From assembly GCA_016748015.1 (NCBI GenBank), contig JAAOMT010000176.1, positions 234,434 to 298,433 of the forward strand: a stretch of 64,000 bases of DNA, in the 5' to 3' direction. Every line of letters begins with the position of its first letter. Position 1 is the stretch's first letter. A model generated the notes under the pieces. The model was not told the origin of the DNA. It worked only from the letters and a program-made list of their open reading frames with translations, and searched no databases. Positions 49,166 to 63,164 of this stretch are shown piece after piece. The translations under genes and the position numbers were made by a program. Source of the stretch: Geosiphon pyriformis uo1 (Eukaryota; Fungi; Glomeromycota).

Positions 49166-52100
49166 CTTTTGTTATATTTTTGAGTTAAAATATTCTTAGA
49201 TTGTTTTATTTGCGACAAGCCATTGGCATTTTTATTTTTTTTTTTGTAATATACTGTATAATTAAATAGTAAAAGTTCTATTTTTCATCTAGCATAGTAA
49301 TTATTTCAAATTTTTGCTTTTGGATTAAAGTCAGTCCTTTATAATTAGTATACACATCAAACTTTTGGCTCAAATATTCTTTCTATTTCATGACTGCCCA
49401 ATAGATTGCTAAGTGTTTCAATACTAGTGTTTTATAGTTTTTTTTTAGCTGGACTCAAACTTTAGCTGGCATATGCTACTGGATGTTTTTTTCTATCTGG
49501 TTCTCTCTGCAATAGTACTGCTCTCAATGTTTGGCCTAATGCATTAGTAGTAATAATGAATAGTTTGCTGTGATCTGAATACATTAACACTGGAGCTTGA
49601 ATAAGCTTTTTTTTTAATATGTTGAAAGCTTCTTACTGGTTTTCTGTCTATTTATATTTGGTGTTTTTTGATTGGAGCTGGTGTAATAGCTAAGCCAGTT
49701 TAGAAAAATCTTTGATAAAATGCAATAGTATTTAGCAAATCCCAAAAATGCTCTTAGTTCTGTCAAGTTGGTTGGTACTAGAAAGTTTTTGATTACCTTA
49801 ATCTTGTCTAAATCTGTTTTAATACTGTCTTTGCTCACAACATGTCCCAAAAACTTGAATTCAGTTTTTCCAAAAAAACACTTGGTTGTATTTAATTTTA
49901 ATTCAGCTCTTCTTAGTTTTTCAAATACTTGTTGAAGATAGTGTAAATAATCATTAAATGTCTTAAAGAACACATTGGTGTTATCCAGATATATGACTAC
50001 TAATTTTCATAGCAGCCCAGTATAGACAATTTTCATAAGCCATTGAAATGTGGCAGGAGTATTTATCAAGCCAAATGGCATAACTTCAAATTCGAAATTT
50101 TTTTTTTGAGTTGTAAAAGCTGTTTTCTTCTTGTTTTCTGGTTTCATGGCTACTTGTCAGTAACTACTGTCTAAGTTTAAAGTTAAAAACCATTTTTTTC
50201 CTCCAAAAACATCGAAAAGTTCTTGGATTTTTGGAGTTGGATAGCTATCTCTTTTTGTTATTCTATTAAGTTTTCAGTAATTTACACAAAAGCATATTTT
50301 CCCATTCTTCTTATGAACTAGTACCACTGGTGATGACTATAGACTTATTGATAATTGAATTAACCCATTGTCTAACATCTAATTAATCTCTTGTTTGATG
50401 ATTTTATGGCTTGCTAGTGGTATTCTATATGCTTTCTGTTTAATTAGCATCATATTTTCAGTTTTTATCTGATGTTGGATTATGTCTGTTCTGCCAAATT
50501 TGTTTTCACTGGCAAAGATGTCATTAAAATTGTTAAGTAATATCTTAAGCTATATATATTGTAATGGGTCTAAATTTCTCAAGTTTATCTGTTCCAATTG
50601 TTCTGGTTGGAGCAGATAACATTCTTCTTATTCATATATTGTTTATGATGTGATATTTACATATCCACACAGTTGTGCAAAGTTTAGAATGGGATTTGGT
50701 AATTGTTCTTTAACTTCAGTGGTTAAATATCCAATGGTAGTTCTTTTTGGTATCTTGATAATATCTTCTGTGTTATTGTAAATAAAAATTTTAATGTAAC
50801 TGTGGTTTTTGGCTGGTATGTATAGATTGACTAATCCAATCTCTCCTGATTTACAAAGTTTTGCTTTTGTCTTAAAAATCTGAACCTTTTACTTTTCTCT
50901 TTATGGCTACTATGTACTAATCATATAATGGAATGGAAATTAATTGACAAGTAGAGATAATTTCTTCTTTGTTAACAATTTTTTCTTCTGCCATGTTGAT
51001 TGATACATCTATTTTATCTATAGATTCAAATTTCTGTATCCCTTTAGCTGTAATTCCTAATTTTTTCCAGTTTCCTAGTAATACTAATTGAGTCATTTTA
51101 ACCAAAAACAGGAATATTGCCTGTGCTATCTTTTTGTTTGGCTCTATAATATAGGCTTTTTCTGAGTTATTTTGTAGTATAGCAATGATATTTCCTACAT
51201 ATCTTGTATTAATTATTCTTTTTCTTATATTAATTCTTTTTTTTGCTAGACTATTTCTTGATGCTAGTTAAACCATTGTTGTTGTTGGGATTTTCAGTGC
51301 TATTTTAAGATTAATACAGATGTATGAGTGTGGTTCTAATTTGATGACATTTTTTCCTGGATATCTCAAATCAAACTCTGCATCAGTATCATGTGCATGT
51401 TCTGATATGATATCTTTATTATTATTACTGAATTATTTAAGTTTCTGCTCTTTGGTGAGATCAAAAAGCACAATATATTGTTTAGAGTTTGAGTCTAAGT
51501 TTGAATCATTGTCATTTTGGTTGCCATATTGGATGGAGCTAGAACTGGTGTTTTTATCATTCTCATTGTCAAAGTTTGAATTGGGATTGAAAATTAATTC
51601 CCGATTTGGATGCACAGCTGCTGATTGGTTTTTTTTCTTCTGGAATCATGTAGATCATACATGGTAGTAGATTGTAAATGAAATTACACTCATTACAATA
51701 TTGGAAGTCATATGGGATTAAGTAGTATTGACACAGTTGAGTATTTAACTGTTCTAAACATTGCTCTTGCTCTTTTTTTGTTAGTGCTAAACACTAGTAG
51801 TGCTCATGGAATTCTTTGGAATTATTTTCAATATTGCCAAAGACATTGAACATTGGAATATATTTAGATTCTAAAAGGATTAATAGATTGTTTTTAATTT
51901 CCAGCAACTTGCTGGTTGTAGCACCTTTTGTCTTTGCACTTACTATTCTCCAGATCTTATGTTTATTGTGAGAATATCCTTCCAAATATCACAATGTTTT
52001 TTTCTATGCATTGTTAATTGGAGTGTCTTTATATACCCAGTTATTAATTAGAATTATGTATTGACATGTCTCTTCTCTGCCAGAAATGTTGTTCCACATC

Positions 52101-55100
52101 CTCTTATTAAACAAAATAGTTCCATAGATAAGACAAGATTTATTATCCCATTTTTTTTGTCTTTTTGGTCATCCAAATTATTCTAGGACACATGGGCAAT
52201 AATAAAATTTTGTTGCCATTACATATTCCTTATTATTGCTGCAGCATGCACTTATTAACAACAATTTCTTGTCACAATTGATGTATATCAGTTTCAGTCG
52301 GTAATAGTTAGATGGTTGTGGTAGAGTGTAAGTGTATAGACTATAAATGGTAGTTGGTGTTGATTCTTCTTTTTTTTCTTCCTTTTTCTCTTATTATTAT
52401 TATTTTTCCACTCCCAATTTGGTGGCAGTTCATTATGGTTACTGTTATTCCACAATGTTTGGTCAGTGTTTTAAATAAGTTCTTCTTTCTGTTTTCCTTT
52501 CTACTATTGTTCTAAGTCAAAATTGGTGATAACTTGTTGTGGTTTTTATTGGCCCAAAAAACTTGGTAAGCTTCCCAAGTAGGTTTTTTTTTCATTATTG
52601 AACTTGATAAGTGGTGCTGGCATGTTGGTACTGGTTTTGAAATGACTACACATTGCTGGTACTTATGTGTGTTATCCATTCTGATTGAATTGCAACTCTT
52701 GGGTAGTCTAGTCAAGCATCACATTTGTTTTGAACAGTTAATTATTACCAACAAGTGCTTGATATTGGGTGGCTTCTATGACTAATACCTTGATTGATAT
52801 AATAATGCCATTGACTTCAATAAATAAGTTATCTATTTCATCAATTATAGTCTTGGTGGCTCCATCAGCTGTAATTATCCTTGTGCTGGCAGCTTGATCA
52901 ACTTGACAACCTAATTGGTCTATGAGTTGTTTTGTGATAATGCTGCCAGCTGATTTATTATCTAGAATCAGTTTAATGAGATGGCCATCAATTTTGGCAT
53001 TAGTGTACATCACAGTGATAGATTTTTTTTCAAGTATGGCTCCACTAAATAAAAGAATTTTTAACAGTTCTTTGATTTCAAAGGGAAATATAGCTGCAAG
53101 TGACTCATTTTCTATGACAGTAGCTGGTAGAATGTTGTTAGTAGGTGTTTGGTTGTAGTTGGTTTCCTAATTATTGGATAAGGCATCTTTGGAGGTTATT
53201 AGAAGACTTAAATAATGTTAAAAATTCGGGTTTTGGGTGTATTCAGTGCCCGAATTCTGCTGTCGAGATCCTGATTGTTGAATTGAAGAACTGGAGATTA
53301 GTTGATGGACTATTATCACCAATCTTTAGCTTTGTTGTATTATTCTTGGCCTTTGGATTCCATTTTGAGGTAGGTTTTGTGGCAGTATTTAAGTTGGTTG
53401 AGGCTGATATATTACTTGTGGCTGCAGTTAATATATTATGGGTGCTAGAGTTTGATATATTGGCAGTTAATATAGTAATTGCTGCATCATTAATAGGTAA
53501 TTCTGATAATACAGTTCTGAGTTTGGTTGGTATCTCAGAGTTTAAAACTGGTGATTGGGGTTTTGAACTGATTTCTCAATTATTAGTTATTTAAGCAACA
53601 GTGACAGTTGATTTGTAAGTGTTCTTGTTTCCCACAATAGTGGCAATTATGTGTTTCCTATTGTCACTATTAATTGGTTGAGAATGAGGGATACAACTGA
53701 CTTTGGAAATGATTTATGTTTCTTGAATTATTGTGTTATTGTAAAGACTAATAAATTGTGTAATTGTTAGTTAAATATCCTTCTAGTTTCTGATTAATTG
53801 AATTACTGAATTGTTTCAGTTTAGAATCCAAGTCAGATAATTCATTTATTACTAAATTTACAGCTTGAGTGTGATTGGCTTTAAGTTCAGCTGCTTTAAA
53901 ATCTCTGGTGTTTGTAATAATAGTTTGAAGCTCTGCCAAATACAATGGACATATGCATTGGAAGATGCTACTGCACAGGCCTCTAATAAATTGGTTTAGG
54001 ATTTGTGGTATTGTAAAATAATCAGTCTGTATTGCCTAAATTTGGCACAGAATTCTGTAAAAGCATCCTAAATAAGTAGTGACTGCTTTAGTTTCTCCTT
54101 GCTTAATGGTAGTAAAGATGTTGGCTAAGTGGTTAATGCTGTTATTATTGCTAAAATATTACAGGAATGCAAACTTAAATGCATTGAAATCTTGGAGTTT
54201 GTTAACCAAGCTTTAATACTATGAGTTGGCAGTATTCTAAAGAAAATATGGAATGGCTTGCATAACTCTGGTGTTATTCCATCTATTGGCTGTAATGGCT
54301 TTTTTAACATTGTTTAGCCACACTTGGGCATTATTTTCTTCGTTCATAAACTTTTCAAGTTTTGCTATTGGGACATAGACTATTGGATCCAAGTTTGGTT
54401 GTTGTTGTTGTTGCTGTTGAGATGATAACTGAATTTAAAGTTGTAATAATGGCTGTTGTTGTACAGCAACTAGTGGTAAGTTGATAATGATTACTAAAGG
54501 TAAGTGTTGTTGATTATTAATATCAGAGATTGAATCATTCTGATTTTGCTGATTATCAAGGTTAGAATTGTTCTGATTTTCCTGAGTTTGAATATTCAGG
54601 GTTTTAACTTCTGGGTTTTCTACAATCAAATTCTGGTAATTAAATTCCTGATTGTCATCTTTCTCTTCTTCTGATTCAGTTATCTCCCAAGAACTTATGG
54701 TTTCGAAATCTGGTTGAAGTAGCAGTGATTAAAATCCTGATGGAATTAGAGATCATGATTTGAATCTTTCAAAGTAATTGTCATAAGTTCCTAATAATTC
54801 TGTTTTCTTTTGTTTACTTTAAAATAGGAGTCATCCAAATGTTAATGTTACATTTAATGTAAATGTGTCTGCTAATATAATATTGATGGTACTTCTGGGT
54901 ATATAATGATATGATGGATATAATAAAAATTCAATTCTTTGTTTCTTCTATATTGGTAATTGTATTCTTTTTGGAGTTGCTGCTGGTGTTTGTAACTTTC
55001 CTTTACTCTTATCTGTATAGGTAATAGGGAATTGTTGTTGAGTGTATCTTTCAATTTCTTGATTAATTTCTCTGATGATTGGTGTAAAATTGTGATTTCA

Positions 55101-55325
55101 TAGTAAGCTGGTATGTTAGATTAATTCTGTATAGAAATTTTTTTTTGCTGATTCAATGTCAACTGGTCTTTTAAGAAAATCTGTAATTTTTTTGTTGATG
55201 TAAAAGTTGAAAACTGATTCTGCCAGATAATGGTTGTTGGTTAAGCCCAATTGTTGACTGTACTGTTAAAATAAATATTTAGTGAATTCTAAATGATTTG
55301 TCCCTATTATTTTTGATTCTGCCAC
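49162..55325 (-). pseudogene. gag-pol: Gypsy-B1 Gag-PR-Cys-rich-dUTPase-RT-RNaseH polyprotein
   Basis: Capsid PIAKLEKF..QVWL (~54370), knuckle CHYCGKQEHLQINC (~53610-53650), protease LILDNKSAG (52738..53013), Cys-rich region ~51640-52350, dUTPase HAHDTDAEFDLR..IAQAI (~51010-51420), RT YLDN (~49985), RNase H ~49200-49570. Confidence 0.9.
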
Positions 55326-55387
55326 TTTTGGATGATTGCTGTTGGTGCTGGTTCTCTGTAGAATTATACTTTACAGGAAGCACCAAA

Positions 55388-56259
55388 TGTTACAAGAGAT
55401 TATTTGGGATCTCAAAGCAAATAACAAATTCATAACTTGATACTCAATTGATATAATGATGTTGATTTCTAAAGGTATTATGAATTTGAAAGTTTTGGTT
55501 AAGTTTTTTGTATAATAGACAGAGATTTACTATGGTGAGTTTTGGTTGATTTCTCAAGTTATTTTCTTAATTTCTGTCTTCAGTATAGTAGCTGGTTTAA
55601 TCTGACAGTCTTGCTTTTCTGATAAGTTATCTATTACTATATATATAATTTTACTCTTATTTCTGAGTCTTTTATCAGGCTATTTATAATGTTAATAACT
55701 CAGTACTTTAATTCTTTTAATCAATTAGTATACAACAACTGAAAGAAAAGAAAAAATAATAAAAGAAAAGACAAGAAAATATAAAGAAGTTAAGCCAAGA
55801 CAATTAAGTTAGTATTCCATCAATAGTCATGATCAAGAGCTATTGTTTCAGTGTGGTCAAGTATTAATTATTATCAACATGAAGTGTTGATAGTAAAAAG
55901 TGGATTGAGATAGCAAATAATTATTTATTAATACTTATGATTTGAAAAGATTGCTTAGATCAAATTTAAATTGGGAGATCTGTCTTTTCTACTTCTAATA
56001 CTACTACTATATATACATAATTAAAATTCCTCAATTCCTTAATTCTTCACACCAAGAATCCTGGAATTCCTGGAATCCTGCAATTCTTTTGAAAGGAATC
56101 CTAAAATTCTGGAATTCTGTAATTTTTTATACAAAAATCCTGAAATTTTTGGAATTTTGCAATTCCTCTAAGAGAAATTCTGGAATTCCATATTTATTAC
56201 AACTACTTTTAATTGGCTAATTTATATGCTAATATACTCCCTATATTCTATAAGTAACA
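55388..56259 (-). repeat. 5' LTR of Gypsy-B1 (872 bp) with (A/T)TCCTGGAAT-type array upstream of a TATATA box
   Basis: TG...CA termini; array at ~56025-56190; TATATA at ~56008-56016 on the minus strand. Confidence 0.93.
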
Positions 56260-56468
56260 ACATTAAAACTTAAAAATAATAAATTATTATTCTTATTAAA
56301 AAAACAAAAAATTTATTTAAAATTATAATAGAACCAAAAAAAACAGTAACAAAAATCAAAAAAATAAACAAAAACAAAAAATTTAGTTTAAATATTAATT
56401 TTAAAATTTTATTTAATAAAAACTTTATATTTTTTTAATATATTTAATTTTAATTTCAAAAAACTTAA

Positions 56469-59400
56469 TTTTAAAAAAGAAGTTTTTTATTTTCTTATTG
56501 TTTTTTTTCAATATTTCTTAAGGTAATAATCTTTTTGTTGTAAATTTAGAAGCTGTTTTAAGTAGTAGTATAACTAAAAAACAGACATCTAAAAAAGCTT
56601 TTTATAATTTTGTTAATAATTTTTTTTCTTAAAGAAGAGAGTTATGCTTAATAATATCAAACATTCTAGTAATAAAAAAAAATTTTTTTAGTTAAGTTTA
56701 ATTCTAATAGTAGTATGTTCTCGGATATAGATAGTTGTCTAATAATAATAAAAGCAGTGGTTTTATAACTAATATTAATAATAGATTTTTTTTGGGTTTA
56801 GTTGCTACTATTTTTAAAGCCAATAAAGTAATTTCTAATGTAATTTGTGATTTTTTCCTTGGTTCTTTTAACTTTAATATGGAAAAAAAAATTGGATTAT
56901 TTCTATTTTCTCTTAATATTTTCTTGAACAAAAGATAAGTTGATTTTAAAATTATAAAAACTTTAGTTAAAATGACTATTAAAAAATTTTTTGTTTTGAA
57001 TATTAATCTATCAATAATAAAAGGCAAATTGAAAATAATTAAAACTTAGGTTATTAGAAAAAATTTTTTAACTGTAAATAGTTTTGGGAGATCACTACTT
57101 TTTCAAAATTTGAAAAAATTATTAAATCTATATTTATATCTAAAAGAAACATAAAAAAGACTGTAAACAACAATATTAAAAAACAAAAATTCTGTTTAGA
57201 TTAGACTGTAATAATCAAAAAAATTCCCATAAATATGTTAAAAAAAATAATTATTACCATAGTATTTAAGTTTAGTTAGATAGTGTTAATTTAATTACAA
57301 CTAATTGAATTGTGACAAAAAGCTATTATAGAGTTTGCCAAATCAGTTTAGACAGATTAGTTAATAGCTAAATAGTTGTTTTTAATCAGAAAAAATTTGG
57401 TATATATGACAAAGACTATAAAAAATTATGATATTTAAATATTTAAAAATTGTTTTAGAGCTATTTTGTTTATCTTGCCTATAGAAATAATGGCTTATAA
57501 TTTAAGCATTTTATTGGAGAAAGCAAATAAAAAAACTTGTATTATTAATTATTTATATGAAATTGACAATAAAATTTGCTGTATTGTAATTGGTTTTAAA
57601 ATTAAAAATAATTTAAAATCTGTTTTTTGTATAGAGCCAATTTTGGATAATATAAAACTTTTTTGGATTAAGTTTGGATTTGGTTTGATATGAAAAATAT
57701 AGACATATTGGGCATTTTGCTCTAAAATATAACACATCTAGTGCTTTTGTTTTTTTATTTTTAAAAGTATTTAAGAAGTCTGTTTTGAATAAAAATTGTT
57801 TTCAACCAGCCAAATTATATGTCAAAAAATGTGTTCTTATCTTTTGTTTTGTTGTTTTCAATAACAAATTATAGGCTTAAATGGTTTTGTTGACTTCTAT
57901 TTTAGATAATATATGTACTAGTTTTGAGTTTTTTTTCTTTGGTATTCTGTGATTTAATAAAGCTTTTTCTGCTTTTCTAAATAATTCTTTTGTTTGTGCT
58001 TGTTTGGTCTTTTTAAAGCATTCTTTAGAACTGCTGGCTAATTAAGTTTTTGGTATTGTAAAAAAACTAAGTAACATAAAATTGGTGTTTTTGGTTTTTG
58101 GTTTTTAGTTTACTCTTTTAACTGTTTTTGTGGCTTTAAATTTTAGTGTAAGCTTGAATATAGTTGTAGACAATTTGCAGATGTTATTTTTTTGTCTTTA
58201 TTAGTACTAATTAAAGTTTTAATTTTAGGTTTAAGTAGTTTTAAGATTTGACCACCAAGATAAGTAGTTTAAAATCAAAGATAATAGCTTTTAAGACTTT
58301 TATTAATATAATTTTAGTAAGATTAAATTAGTTGAGTGTTGGTTCAGATTTGTTAATGTTTCTTTCATCTCAATAAGTAATTTAGTTTAAAAATTTGCTA
58401 TTTACAATATTAAAAATATGAACAATAAAACTAAGCAAAATAATGTTGCTAAATAGTATAAAGACAATAGCAATTTGGTATTAATTATTATAAAAACTAA
58501 GCTAAAAACAAATACTGAGTCTTGAATTAAAAACAAATTTGATGGGATTAATATGTTTAGTTCTGGCATAGATATGGGTTTTAGAGATACAAATGTTACA
58601 TTAATAATAATAAATTTTCTGACTTATTATGTATTAAAAATCTTTGAAATTTCTGGTTGAATTATTTCTGTTTAATTTTTTTTAAGAACAAGATATTATT
58701 ATTTGTTATTAGACTGTATATTAGAGTTTTAGCTGAAACTAAGTTTTCTTAAGCTGTTAATATTAACAAATTCATAGTTAATGTTTTTAATATTAGCATA
58801 TATATAATCTTAAATAAGAATTTTAATAAAGATAGTTTTAAGTAAAGTGTTAATTTTAAGAAATATCTTGAATTAAAATTGTATAATTTTTTTTATAAGA
58901 ATATTATATTTATTTAACCAACTTAAAATAATTCAAGAAATGTAAATAAGATTATCAATTATATTTTTGTTAATAAATATCTTTTATCTGTCTTAATAAG
59001 TCAAAAAAATTTTAATATTTCTGAATTTTTTGATACCAACCACAAAACTGTCTTAGTTTTTATTTATTTAGATGGTTTTTTAAATATTTATCTAAATAAT
59101 ATTTCCAAACAGACCAACAAAAATTGGTAAAAGTTTAGATTAAAAGATATAAATTTTACCAAATAAATAAATTTCAAGAAATGTTCTTGTGCTAAGTTAT
59201 TAATAGTACAAGATAAGTTTTTAAATACAAATAATCTTGGAAATTTAAATGTAATATAAAGAGTTTTAAGTGAAATAATAGTAAATTTGACTAATAAAAT
59301 GTTTTTTAAGCAATGATTTAATGTATTTGATTGTTTAAAAAATAAACAGTTTTCTAAGTTTTACAAATTAGAATTGTTAATTGTTAAGTTAATAAGAATA

Positions 59401-62400
59401 ATAAGTTTAGATAATAAGTTATAATTTAATTATCTTGTTAAAATTTGGTTAACTATTAATAAAGTGAAGACATTTAAAATCAGCAGTATAGTTTACAACA
59501 ATATAAGTTTCATAAATATAGCCAAATATTTATTAAGAATTAAAAAAATATTAAAAAACTAAATATTATGAATTTAAAATGGCCAAAAGTATATCTGTTA
59601 AGAAAACAATTAAAAAATACATAGAAAAGTTCAGTTCTAATAAGAAAAACATAATAAGAAACATCTTGAAACAACTATTTTGAAAGATAATTTTGGATTA
59701 TTTAATAATTGGAAAAGAATTGGTTTTAGAGCCAATTAAGGTAAAGCTTAAGATTAATAAAATTATAATAAGATAAATAAAAAAGTATAATGTGTTTTTA
59801 GTTTTGTCTAATTTGTGGTTTTGCCAATATGTATCTCTAACTTATATAAATGAAAATGCCTTTTTAAGTATAATAAATACAGTCAGCATAAAAGAATTAG
59901 TTTTAATAATTAATGAACTGTTTAATAGCAAAACTACTAATTTGTTTAATATATTTAATAAACTTTAAAAACATTATAATAACAAAATATTAAAATGTTT
60001 TTTAGATTTAATGAATATTTATTTGGCTTTTGGTAATATTTTAGTGCTTTGAAAGAGAATATAAGTCTTAATAATTTTCAAGTCTTATAAGTAAAATAGA
60101 GTTTTAATAAATACTTAATCTATAGTATTTATTAAAATAACTAGAAAATTTTGTCTAAAATTCTGTTAAATTGTATTTTATTTGCTTGTAGTGTATTTAA
60201 TATTCTTTGTAATAATAACTTTTTTGTTTTAAAAGATACTTCAATTAGATTTTTTGTATTTGCTATTGATTTAATCATAAAAAATACTTTAAAAAAGGGC
60301 TAAAAGCTATAATTTCTGCAAAATATGTACAAAGTATACAATTCAGTTAAATAATACTATTTGAAAGCTAGTTTAAAGTACATTAAAATATGTAAAAAGT
60401 TTATTAATTTTTTTGTCAATATATACAAAAACAAAGTTAATAGAATAATAACTGATTTTGGTTTTTCAAATAACTACAAAATACATGATAGACTAAATTA
60501 AAATGAAATTTTTTTACAACTTTTTTAGAAAATTTTTTATAATTCTTTATTGTATAAGATAAAAAAACACAAATATTTGTATAAATATTAAATCAACACT
60601 AATTTTGTAGTAAAAATAGGCAGAATAGGGCTTAATAAAAAGAAAATTTTTTTTTTATAGTAGATGTTTTTATCAATAATATAATTTAAATAAGAAATAG
60701 TTAAGCTTTAATATAATATATTTTGAACATAGCCAGTTAGTTTTTTAAAATTAATAATAATATTATTAACAATAACAAAACAGTTGTAATTTTTATTAAT
60801 CAAAGAATTAAAAATGTTTTTTTGCATATTAGTAATTGGCCAATTTTTATTATTAAGTATGATAAAACCCATAGATACTTGAGAATTTTTCTAATAAAGA
60901 GTATGTCTAAGTCAAGTTTTGCCAAAACATATGTAAATATCAGATTTTTTTTAATATGATGCTTAGAAAAACATTATTAAATAAACAATTTTTTTATTTA
61001 GTTTTAGCAGTTTTGTATCTTATAGTTAATTATCAGACACAGTTTAGTTTTGTGTTTAAAAACACATGTTAAAAATAGAATATCTTGCTAAGAAAAAAAT
61101 TTAAGTTCAAGATCTGTTTGCCAAGAGATTTTTTTAATAAAGCTTTGTATAAATTAAAGTCTTTTAAATAGATACCAGCAAAGACCAAAATAGCTTTAGT
61201 AGTTAGGTTTTTTAATGTGACAAGTATTTTTAGCCAGTTGTTTGAGCACTTTTTTTTGAATTTACAAGTTTTGAATTGGGTGTCTATAAACTTTCTGTAA
61301 TATTTAATTAAATTAAAAGTTAATGCTATAAATAATTTTTTGGTGAATGTTGTAAAGATTTTTTGAATATTAAAACATTTTTGGCCAATAATTTGTTTAG
61401 TGCTTTTTATAATTCTGGCCACTTTTTAATACTTAAGATATTAGAAAATTCTTATTACTTTGAAATTGTTTATTCTTTAAAATATTTTAATATGGCTTTT
61501 AATAACAGATTGTTGAACAAGCATGGGTTAGTTATAAATTAAAAAACTTTTTGTTATTAAAAAAATTTAAGTTTAAGAGATCTATTATTATAGTTTAAAA
61601 AAACATTAGTTTATATTAAAAATTTTTTTGTTGAATCTAATAGTATTGGTTTCAGCTTTAAATGTTTTGATTTTTTATGTTCAAAAAAGTTTTTAGATAT
61701 TTAAAAACGTTATATAAGTTGTAAGCAGAGTCTATTAATGTTTATATAAATAATTTACTAAAATACTTAAATACTATAAAAGTAATTAGTAAGACAATGA
61801 TTTATTTTTCTGAAATTAAAATGAATATAGATGTCAAGATACATAAGTTATTGTCTTTTATAATATTAAAATTACAGACAATTGTTTTAACATTAAAGTG
61901 TATTTCTTTTTTTTGCTCAATAATTTTATATATAGACAGCCAAACTATTATTAATATGTGTATTTCAGAAATTAAGCTGTATTTTTCTGATTTTTAAAAC
62001 AAGTATTGGGCAGAAAAATTTTATGTAACCAATTTACTAAGATTAAAAAACATTTTTATTAATAGATAAAAGTCAAAAGCCATTCAAGAAATACTGGTAA
62101 TAACAGAGTGAATGCTTTTGTATATAGTATTATGTACTTTTATTTGGCTTTTTTTGTTGGAATTTATAAGAGATATATTATAACTAATAGTTTGGTTGTG
62201 TTAAAAAATGCTTATTACTTTGTTTACAACATTTATCATATTATTTGTTATGCTTATTGAAAAACAGATTCTGGTTCTAAAATTGTAGATAAATTGTTTA
62301 TTTAAAATATAAATTAGATTAATACTGTTTTAGTTTGACATTCAAACTTTCATATGCTTTCTGAATTTATCAACAAAACTTTAGCTGCTTTTTGTACTTA

Positions 62401-63164
62401 TTTTATAAAGACAGTTTATAGGAGATTACTAGTTGCAGTTAGAAAAAAACTTTATAACAAGAATTATCTAAGTATTTTGTGTTTAATATATAATAATATT
62501 AAACTGTTTAATTATGTTTTTACCTATTTAAAAAATATATTTGTGTGTTTTGATATTTTGCTAGAACATATTAAACTATAAAAGTTTTTGGTAGAGATTT
62601 GCTTTTTGTTATCTTTTTTAGTATTATGTACTTTTTACTTAGACATATTAGATATTAGAATTTATACAATTTTGTGTAAAGATTTTGTTTTTAAGAACTA
62701 ATCTGATAAGATAACATCAATCTTGGATAATAATAAAAAAACTATGTTAATAATAATTAATTTTATTTATTAATTGGCTAAAAAGTATTGTAGTAAGTTG
62801 TGATTGTTTAGATTAAAGTTCAGAATAAACATAAAGAAAAGCAGTCTGATAAATAATATAGATATAATACTTGATAATATTAGTGGCTTTTTTAATTTTT
62901 TGTTGACTAAGGTAGTATATTTACTTAATATTAATAGATTTTTTGTTATCAATTTTAAATTGTACAAAGCATGTTTTTTTTTAAGCATTAATAGTAAAAC
63001 AAAAATATATATAAGTGTATAATATTGTCTTAATTGACTTAAGTAGCTGGTTATATATAAAAAGTGTATAAACTATATTTAGTTAAGATTACTTAATTAG
63101 TTTTTATATACTAGATAGTAATTAGATTATACTTATAAAACCTAAATAAAAAAAATAAAAAAAA
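56469..63164 (+). mobile_element. LINE-3: full-length but extremely mutated LINE
   Basis: ORF1 remnant ~56570-58376 (LFILPIEIMAYNL), ORF2 remnant ~58373-63022 (APE, RT, RNase H YIDSQT, zinc finger), same 3' UTR and poly-A at ~63145-63164; possible TSD AAAAAACTTAA. Confidence 0.87.

Larger units (their letters stand above)
46228..56259 (-). mobile_element. Gypsy-B1: complete Ty3/Gypsy element of second family, same architecture as A1
   Basis: LTRs 46228-47089 and 55388-56259, TSD ACAT (46224-46227 and 56260-56263), PBS TGGTGCTTCCTG (~55374-55385), PPT next to 47090. Confidence 0.95.

Noticed and set aside
56025-56190. GAATTC-rich repeat arrays as CRISPR or heat-shock elements
   Set aside because: No unique spacers or cas genes, and the arrays lie inside LTRs. 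Only isolated two-unit TTCnnGAA matches occur, not three-unit HSEs.
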